Positions 57,259 through 64,000 of a DNA stretch of 64,000 bases are shown one piece after another. The position numbers and the translations under genes are program-made. Below the pieces are notes generated by a model. It saw only the letters and a program-made list of their open reading frames with translations, made no database searches and had not been told where the DNA came from. Each line of letters starts with the position of its first letter. Positions within the stretch are counted from its first letter, which is position 1. The stretch covers positions 86,890-150,889 of the forward strand of contig MFNK01000012.1 in the NCBI GenBank assembly GCA_001782045.1, written 5' to 3'. Source of the DNA: Candidatus Levybacteria bacterium RIFCSPHIGHO2_01_FULL_36_15b (GTDB lineage Bacteria; Patescibacteriota; Microgenomatia; Levybacterales; UBA12049).

Positions 57259-59341
57259 TTTTATAAAGCTTAGTTTCGTTATAGCTAAAAACCAATCTCC
57301 CTAGATTTTTAAACTTGTCATCTTTTAAGTCCGGATATTTCTCTTTTTCAAGCGATGAAATAAAAACATAATCAATTTTATATTTCTTTAATAATTCTTT
57401 CGTGAGGGCTAAATTATTTGTAGTATATAAAGTTTGAACGTCATCTATTCTTGGTGAAACAACATCATATGTTCCTCTCCAAAGCCACTCGTGTACCGGC
57501 CATCCCGCAACAGTTGGAAGTCCTGTATTTGAGGAAATTCTTGCATAATTAGTATATGAATCTCCGTTTGCCTCCAATATAACCGGCTGGCCTTTAATAT
57601 TGGAATTTATCCATTTTATTGCTGCGTAATCGCCTGGATAGAGGCTTTTTAAATATGTAAGCCCGTCAAGTCCTTTATAAATTTTTAGGTCTGCATAAAA
57701 AGAATTAATAGCAAAAATACTGTAAGTGAGTATCATATAAACCAGAATAAATGTTGGGATAAAAAATAAGGTAATATTTCTTTTTGATTTAAGACTGGTT
57801 AATATTCTAAAAATTATATAACCACAGGATGCGGAAAGCATTATAAATGCTTCATATGAAAGCTTAAACATTGTATTTGCTCTATAGTGGGCAGGATAAA
57901 TGTCCTTAAGATAAATAAACTCCGGTACTATTAAAAGCATGGTTGAGACAGTTATTAATAAACCAACAAACTTATCTGGTGCTGTTATATTTTTTTGTCT
58001 TGTTTTTAAAAAAACAATAAATGAAATTACAAAAAAGTAGAAAAATCCATATAAAATAAAAAGTTGCCAAATCGGTGATCTCTGACAGTGATTTGCTTCA
58101 AAAAGAAACGGGCCAAGCTTAGTCAATGATGTTAAAAATTCGGGTGCACATATTACTCCGATTCCGGATGCAAAAGGTTTAAAATGTAGACTAAATGGTA
58201 AAGAAAATATAAAAAATCCTATAAAAATTATTGCAATATTAACAATAAAATCCTTAAGTTTCTTCTCTTTTCTTGCAAGTAATGTTAAAACTAAAATTGT
58301 AAGTATTAGATATATTAAGCCGTCCCATGCATTGGTCATATACATTATTGCAAGTAAAAAACTTATTAAGCCCGTAAATAAAAGTCTAACTTTATTGTGG
58401 CTTTTAAAACCTATAAACATCGAAAACAATATCGCAATTGTTAAAAGTACAAATGGTATATCTAGCACATGCCCATGTAAATCAGACACTACAAAAGAGT
58501 ACATTGGAAACTCATGAATTGTATATTCGATAAACCTAGTGGCATTTGGATACCAATAATCGTTAGGAAAATTAACGGGTTGAAACGGCAAAGTCCAAAA
58601 AGGAACAGGCTTATCAAGTGGCATATACGCCTTAAAAAATGTGTAAATTGTCGTTAAATTACCTCCGAATGTAACAAGAGCAGCAGATAATAATCCTGCA
58701 AAAACTGTCTTAGCATCAGATTTAAATTGCTCGAATAAATTCATAACAAGCGAGAAAACTATTAGAAAGGTTAAAGAGAATAAGCTTGCAAGCATAAGGT
58801 TATAGCCGATTGATGAGGGAATAAATGATGCCCTAATTATTACGGCAGTTACTAAATGCCCAAAATAGTAGTAATTAATTGGAAACGGAGGATACCACAT
58901 ATCAAGAGGAGGGAAATAAGTACTTCGTAGAATTGAATTAACGAATCCAAAATCCATAAATTTTTCAAGCCCACTTATATCCGGTAAGTTTCCTCTGACA
59001 AAAGTCCAAAACAGAAGCCCAATTGCAAACAATAATTCCTCAAAAATAATTAATTTGATGTTTTGTTTTAAGATTTTTACTAAATTTATTTTTTTTGCAA
59101 TATAAATATTAAGCATCAAAAACCCAAAGCATACCAAAAGAATTTCAGCAAAAGAGAAGGGCAATATTTTTAACCACGAAATAATAAATACAGCATAAGA
59201 AATAAAAGCGATCCCAATGATTTTTGAAAAAATATATCCTTTATCTTTAAAATTGCTAAAAATAAAAAAAGTTAGAGGTAAAAAAATAACTCCAGTAAGA
59301 AAAAGTACGACCCACCACTTTAGTATTTCAAACATTTCCAT
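57248..59341 (-). CDS. Large polytopic membrane protein, putative GT-C-fold glycosyltransferase (DUF2298-like).
   Basis: 697 aa with more than 12 TM helices and a C-terminal extracytoplasmic domain. The family assignment is tentative. Confidence 0.45.
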   Translation of the reverse strand: MEMFEILKWWVVLFLTGVIFLPLTFFIFSNFKDKGYIFSKIIGIAFISYAVFIISWLKILPFSFAEILLVCFGFLMLNIYIAKKINLVKILKQNIKLIIFEELLFAIGLLFWTFVRGNLPDISGLEKFMDFGFVNSILRSTYFPPLDMWYPPFPINYYYFGHLVTAVIIRASFIPSSIGYNLMLASLFSLTFLIVFSLVMNLFEQFKSDAKTVFAGLLSAALVTFGGNLTTIYTFFKAYMPLDKPVPFWTLPFQPVNFPNDYWYPNATRFIEYTIHEFPMYSFVVSDLHGHVLDIPFVLLTIAILFSMFIGFKSHNKVRLLFTGLISFLLAIMYMTNAWDGLIYLILTILVLTLLARKEKKLKDFIVNIAIIFIGFFIFSLPFSLHFKPFASGIGVICAPEFLTSLTKLGPFLFEANHCQRSPIWQLFILYGFFYFFVISFIVFLKTRQKNITAPDKFVGLLITVSTMLLIVPEFIYLKDIYPAHYRANTMFKLSYEAFIMLSASCGYIIFRILTSLKSKRNITLFFIPTFILVYMILTYSIFAINSFYADLKIYKGLDGLTYLKSLYPGDYAAIKWINSNIKGQPVILEANGDSYTNYARISSNTGLPTVAGWPVHEWLWRGTYDVVSPRIDDVQTLYTTNNLALTKELLKKYKIDYVFISSLEKEKYPDLKDDKFKNLGRLVFSYNETKLYKISF

Positions 59342-59362
59342 TATTAGATTATATTAAATTAA

Positions 59363-60916
59363 CTATGGCTTTGTATTAAATATAGAATGGAATTTAAAAA
59401 CATAGTCTCCCATTTTGTTGACGTATAATCCATTTGGAAATTTTTGATATAAAATATTTAATTGCTCTTCGTTGGGGTAGTGAAGCAAAACTATACTGTT
59501 TTTGTCTACTTTAGGAAGAATAGTGTCAAAATAGTTACTTTCTATAGGAAGTAAATTTTTTGTTCTGAACAAAAGCTCCTTGCCAAGGTGATAAGCGGGA
59601 TAAGACGATACAAATATTTTTGTGTTAAAATTTGCGTTACTTTTTATGTAGTTTTCAATGTAAACACTGTCCGTGAGTATACTAATATTTTTATCTTTAT
59701 TTATCATTCTTTCTGTAGAGCCCAAATTATATATGGCATAAATAATAAAAACCCCTAAAATTATGTGATTATGGTTTTTAACTTTAGGAATATATTGTAT
59801 TGCAGTAGCAATTATTATTGCGATAAAGGGAAACGAAATATAAATTCTATGAAATGCTCCCACAGGCACTGTTAGTACCATTCCCATAATAAAGCTGACA
59901 ATTAGTATAAAAATAGGATATAAGAAAAAAGTGTTCTTCAATGATTTTAATATTCCAATAAACGTACCAATTACGATTAGCAAAAATGTCATACTGTTAA
60001 AAAGAGCCTGATGTCCAAAATAATATTCGTTAACTCCGCCAATGTCATCTAAAAATAGTGAAAGAAAATTAAATTTAACTTGGTTTAATATGATTGAAAT
60101 AAAGCTTACCCCATTGCTAACTTGTTGTTGAACGTCACTGGAGTTAAAAATTGTTACTTGGTCAATTCTTTGTATAAAAAAATTATCAACTCTTATGGCA
60201 TGTAATATTAATGGAGAAAGTAAAATTAAAAAAATAGTAGTAGAAACAACAAATAGCTTGATAAATTTTAATGTCCTATTTCTAATCGACTCTAGTATTA
60301 TAAATAATAATAATAATGGGAATGCTATATATGAAGATGCATATGTCATGTAGCATAGAAAAAGAAAGATGCCACATAATATAGCGTATTTAATTTTTGA
60401 TCTTTTAATAATAAGCAGGAAATAATAATAAGAAGCTATGAAAAATGCAGTACTACTGATGAAGTGAAGTCCCAGACTAGATAAATATAAATTAGGAGCA
60501 AGGAAAATGTAAATTAATGGTAGCAAAACTTGCATTTTTCTTTCACTAAAATATTCCTTACCAATTAAATATAAATAAACTAAGCTTAATAATTGGTATG
60601 GCCAAGTTGAAATACGTATGCTTTCAATACTCGGTTTAAGAAATTCAATAAATAACTTTTGAATTGCAAAATATAGAACAGGAAACTGGGCAACCCAATC
60701 ACCTTTACCCGGTACAACCGAAAACCAGTCGATCTGATTAATTGGCGGTAACGAAAATGAAATAAAAGCTGTAATAAATTCATCTTCTTGATAATGAAAT
60801 TTATATGTAGAAAAAAAATACAAGAGAGAAAGATATAAAATAGATACAAAAAACAAAAAGAACTGTTCTTTATATTTAAAAATGTAATCTTTTATGCTTT
60901 TCAATCTCATCTGCAC
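59363..60916 (-). CDS. Polytopic membrane protein, putative GT-C-fold (ArnT/PMT-like) glycosyltransferase.
   Basis: 517 aa with about 11 TM helices and a C-terminal soluble domain. Family tentative. Confidence 0.4.
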   Translation of the reverse strand: MQMRLKSIKDYIFKYKEQFFLFFVSILYLSLLYFFSTYKFHYQEDEFITAFISFSLPPINQIDWFSVVPGKGDWVAQFPVLYFAIQKLFIEFLKPSIESIRISTWPYQLLSLVYLYLIGKEYFSERKMQVLLPLIYIFLAPNLYLSSLGLHFISSTAFFIASYYYFLLIIKRSKIKYAILCGIFLFLCYMTYASSYIAFPLLLLFIILESIRNRTLKFIKLFVVSTTIFLILLSPLILHAIRVDNFFIQRIDQVTIFNSSDVQQQVSNGVSFISIILNQVKFNFLSLFLDDIGGVNEYYFGHQALFNSMTFLLIVIGTFIGILKSLKNTFFLYPIFILIVSFIMGMVLTVPVGAFHRIYISFPFIAIIIATAIQYIPKVKNHNHIILGVFIIYAIYNLGSTERMINKDKNISILTDSVYIENYIKSNANFNTKIFVSSYPAYHLGKELLFRTKNLLPIESNYFDTILPKVDKNSIVLLHYPNEEQLNILYQKFPNGLYVNKMGDYVFKFHSIFNTKP

Positions 60917-62544
60917 GATTTCTTTATGTCATATATTGCATAGCTTTTATCATCACTACTGTATAGAAGTTTTAAGTTATTTTTAAATAAATCGTAGTTT
61001 ATTGGGAAATCATATTTATTTAGCACATTAGTTTCTAAAAAGTCTAATTTATAATTTCTAGACTCTGTGCAAAAATCATTTAAAATTTTCGAGTTAAGCA
61101 TCTCTTTTCTTATAATATCCCTTGAATTAGTATCATATCCCTGACTCCATGCAAAATAAGGCCACCCTAAAAATATTTTTCTTCCAGCAATGTTTGCTTT
61201 GTCCATAAAATAATCCGTATTCAAAAAAATAGAATTTTTTGGAGTGTTCTTTACTATCCATTCGATGTCTTTATCTTTTTTATAATCCGCCAAAGCAATT
61301 TTCCCATCGTTTAAAATTGGGAAAAAATCAATAATCCCGGAGAGCGTTAAAAAGAAAATTAAAACCATCACGAAGGGTTTTAAAATATTTCTTTTATTCC
61401 ATAAATACACCAAAAAATATGAAGAAAACATTACGCCAATTATCATAAAATAATTAAAAAATTTATGATTTGCTGAAATTTCCGGAGAGAACTGGATTAG
61501 GTTGCCTATAATAAACAAAACAAAAAAAGACAAAAATACTTTCCTTTGAAATTTTGTAGCAATTATTAAGGAGATTAAAATTAATATCGTGTGTAAACCC
61601 AAGTTTTGAAACCAATAACTTAGAAAGCTTTGGATATTCAATTTTTCAACAAGATATCCAAAATGTGTAGTTATGCTAAAAACAGACGGAACTTTATTAA
61701 TATAAAAATAAGAGGGAAGTGCAAAAATTAAAGCCGTTGAAAGTGTAATAAAAATATAAATTCTTTGTTTTTTTAAGAATAGAAAAAGGCAAAACAAAAT
61801 AACGATAGTCATTAAAAACACCGCCATATTAAGAAAAAAAGAAATTCCAAAAATTATGCCAATTAATACTGCTTTTAACAAGTTTTCCTTCCGTTTTCCA
61901 TCTTTTAAATTTAAAAATAAATAGATGATAAAAAGAGAAAGCCCATAAGATATTGCAAGATGTCTTTGATTTGTATAAATATTTAAATTCCAAAAAGCAG
62001 ATACTGTACTGGTGTGATCATAAGGGCCAAAAGAAGGAAATGTTTGATTTGTTAATACCTCATTAAAACTATTAATCGAGAGAGGGTGCTTTGAAAAAAA
62101 ATTTAAAAAACTCAAAGAGCCATTAAATAGAAATAATATTACACTCAAAATTCCAACTGCAGCAGATTTGAAAATTTTTTTTGCGAAAACATAAATCATG
62201 ATAATTAGAAAAGAAAATCCAAATATCGAAGGAACGTTTAAGGCAAAATCTATTCTTAGTCCCGCTTTCTCAAGAACCCCGGTTAGGGCATAAAAAAGAA
62301 AATGATATTTTATAGGAGCGTCGGAAAATAAAGGGTATTGTGGCGGAAAGTTATCTCCCAAGGAAAAGCTTCGTATAAGCGGAATATGACTTCCAAAATC
62401 ACTCCATGCTTTTCCGGCAATTAGCATATCGCTATCCTTATAGGAAAAAGTTGAAAACATTAGCCACGAGGAAAAAATCAAAGAAAATAGAATAATTAGA
62501 ATTCCAAATATGTATTTTTTTAAAAACTCTATCCATTTATTCAT
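60907..62544 (-). CDS. Polytopic membrane protein, putative GT-C-fold (ArnT/PMT-like) glycosyltransferase.
   Basis: 545 aa with about 12 TM helices and an acidic DSD in the first loop. It overlaps its neighbours by 8-10 nt, consistent with an operon. Confidence 0.4.
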   Translation of the reverse strand: MNKWIEFLKKYIFGILIILFSLIFSSWLMFSTFSYKDSDMLIAGKAWSDFGSHIPLIRSFSLGDNFPPQYPLFSDAPIKYHFLFYALTGVLEKAGLRIDFALNVPSIFGFSFLIIMIYVFAKKIFKSAAVGILSVILFLFNGSLSFLNFFSKHPLSINSFNEVLTNQTFPSFGPYDHTSTVSAFWNLNIYTNQRHLAISYGLSLFIIYLFLNLKDGKRKENLLKAVLIGIIFGISFFLNMAVFLMTIVILFCLFLFLKKQRIYIFITLSTALIFALPSYFYINKVPSVFSITTHFGYLVEKLNIQSFLSYWFQNLGLHTILILISLIIATKFQRKVFLSFFVLFIIGNLIQFSPEISANHKFFNYFMIIGVMFSSYFLVYLWNKRNILKPFVMVLIFFLTLSGIIDFFPILNDGKIALADYKKDKDIEWIVKNTPKNSIFLNTDYFMDKANIAGRKIFLGWPYFAWSQGYDTNSRDIIRKEMLNSKILNDFCTESRNYKLDFLETNVLNKYDFPINYDLFKNNLKLLYSSDDKSYAIYDIKKSCR

Positions 62545-63820
62545 CTTTTAAAACAATATCTGCAACTTTCTGTCCTAGCTCAACCGCATAATTTGTTCCT
62601 CTATCCCACGGATAAACCTGTTCTATATTTGCAAGATAAACACCATTTAGTGGAGTTTTAAAAGAGGGTAAAATCTTTGAATAGTTGGTAGGGATAATAG
62701 GTTGTGCAAATGGTGCTTTAAAAAGTTCCATTCCTATAATATTTTTTTTGTATTCGGGATTAATTTTTCTTAAATAATCATCAAATCTTGCAAGCATTTC
62801 TTCTTTAGAAAAAGAGAAGTATTCGCTAGTTTGTTCTTTATAATTCCCTAAATATAAAAGGTGTTCATTGTGATAGTTTTTTTTATCCATAAAATTTGTA
62901 TGCTCAACAATTGCCATAACAGGAGAACTTTTATCACAAACACTAAGCCAATAAGTCCCGTCTTTGAAGAAAACGTCTTTCATTCTAAGAACTAAATTAG
63001 TCGCGCCCAGTCCTTTAAGCTTGCCCAGACTATTTTTATATTCTTCCGGAAGTTCAGGAGCAATTTTAAGAAATAGAAAAGAAGGTGCAGTTACTATTAC
63101 GGCATCGTATTTTTCGGTTTGCAATTTTTCTCCAATTTTAAATTTTATTTGTGGTTGCCCGGTTGATGTAAGTTCTACAATTTCGGTATTGAAATAGAAA
63201 ATTCCTTCCTTTTGTTTTATTTTTTCAACAAGGTAGTTTGCAAAATTTAAAAATCCACCTTTAGGATATGCAAGTGAAGGAGTGCGTTTTTTGATTCTAG
63301 CCCAAAACCATGCAAGTGAAATATTGTCTATAAAATCTCCAAATTTGTTTACAAACAACGGCTCCCATATAAGAGAGTAAGATTTTTTTCCCATAAGCTT
63401 TGGTAAAATTTCCGACGCCTTGTATTTTTCAAGACTCTTCCAAAATGGATAGATCTTAAAGAATGCAATTACCGCACTCATTCTTAATCTTTCTAAAAAA
63501 GAAAGAAGTGGAAAATTTAAAACCAGCATTGGAGAATCAAGTTGAAAAATTTTTTCTTTAATATAGACTGAAGTTTTGGGTCGTTTAACAATAACCTCGT
63601 AATTAATTTCTTTAGCTAATTCTAAAATACTTCGGTCGTTTGTAAACCAATGGTGATAGTGTTTTTCCAATGACCAGTTCCAATCCTTTTCCTTATAGCC
63701 TATTGCAAGTCCTCCCGGATTTGAGTCCTTTTCGAAGACTGTAACCTTATGATTTCTTTTTACTAATTCGTAAGCTGCAGAAAGTCCCGTGAATCCAGCT
63801 CCTATTATTGCGATTTTCAT
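62537..63820 (-). CDS. FAD-dependent oxidoreductase (amine-oxidase / protoporphyrinogen-oxidase-like Rossmann fold; possibly a sugar-nucleotide-modifying flavoenzyme).
   Basis: N-terminal IAIIGAGFTGLSAAYEL...FEKDSNPGG dinucleotide-binding motif. Confidence 0.65.
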   Translation of the reverse strand: MKIAIIGAGFTGLSAAYELVKRNHKVTVFEKDSNPGGLAIGYKEKDWNWSLEKHYHHWFTNDRSILELAKEINYEVIVKRPKTSVYIKEKIFQLDSPMLVLNFPLLSFLERLRMSAVIAFFKIYPFWKSLEKYKASEILPKLMGKKSYSLIWEPLFVNKFGDFIDNISLAWFWARIKKRTPSLAYPKGGFLNFANYLVEKIKQKEGIFYFNTEIVELTSTGQPQIKFKIGEKLQTEKYDAVIVTAPSFLFLKIAPELPEEYKNSLGKLKGLGATNLVLRMKDVFFKDGTYWLSVCDKSSPVMAIVEHTNFMDKKNYHNEHLLYLGNYKEQTSEYFSFSKEEMLARFDDYLRKINPEYKKNIIGMELFKAPFAQPIIPTNYSKILPSFKTPLNGVYLANIEQVYPWDRGTNYAVELGQKVADIVLKDE

Positions 63821-63825
63821 ATTAT

Positions 63826-64000
63826 CTAAATTGCTCCCCGGGTCAGAAGGAAGATCAAGCCTCCAAAAAGTGTGAACAGGAGTCCAATAATTGTTACTGT
63901 CATTATACTAGAACTTCCTGTAGGTGGAAGACTTGGTGTAGCTGTAATTATTAAAGAGTCAATTGGACTAACTGTTGGGGAGATAAAAACAGGAGTTTCT
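63826..64000 (-). CDS. C-terminal fragment (5' end outside the window) of an LPxTG sortase-anchored surface protein.
   Basis: Reverse-strand translation ends ...TATPSLPPTGSSSIMTVTIIGLLFTLFGGLIFLLTRGAI*. This is an LPPTG motif, a hydrophobic segment and a charged tail. Stop at 63826-63828. Confidence 0.5.
   Translation of the reverse strand, partial: ETPVFISPTVSPIDSLIITATPSLPPTGSSSIMTVTIIGLLFTLFGGLIFLLTRGAI

Overview
This 64 kb window is from a low-GC bacterial chromosome spanning the replication origin. The gene order rpmH-rnpA-yidD-yidC-jag lies divergent from dnaA-dnaN, with DnaA boxes on both sides of dnaA. The small, tightly packed genes, many polytopic membrane proteins and Gram-positive-type envelope genes (LCP, FemAB, an LPxTG protein) suggest a Candidate Phyla Radiation / Patescibacteria-like genome; this is inference.

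Housekeeping genes recognised directly from translated motifs: dnaN, dnaA, rpmH (missed by the ORF track), rnpA, yidD, yidC, jag, rnhA, an nth-like glycosylase, valS, bL25/Ctc, ruvCAB, a cation P-type ATPase, a YifB/ComM AAA+ protein, purA, dnaG-rpoD, msrA, a PfkB kinase, uvrD/pcrA, tpiA and a YvcK-like protein.

Accessory content:
1. A split VirB4-like type IV secretion ATPase next to oriC, followed by secreted and membrane proteins including a Cys-rich HExxH protein.
2. An IMPDH-fold protein with no CBS pair and a novel N-terminal extension.
3. A tRNA-Asn(GTT) followed by a ~7 kb accessory block with duplicated promoter modules, a three-copy ~55-nt intergenic repeat family, a cold-shock gene and a csoR-copA-(membrane/cupredoxin)-copZ copper module whose promoter overlaps a CsoR-type palindromic operator.
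4. A nickel superoxide dismutase with its SodX-like maturation peptidase.
5. A cell-envelope cluster of LCP, FemAB, three large GT-C-like membrane proteins, an FAD oxidoreductase and a partial LPxTG-anchored protein.

Many genes have a -10 element 6-12 nt before the start codon, which suggests leaderless transcripts. Four consecutive minus-strand genes share an almost identical TATAATTGC(G/C)C(G/C)C-ATG module. No CRISPR array, rRNA, transposase or integrase was seen.
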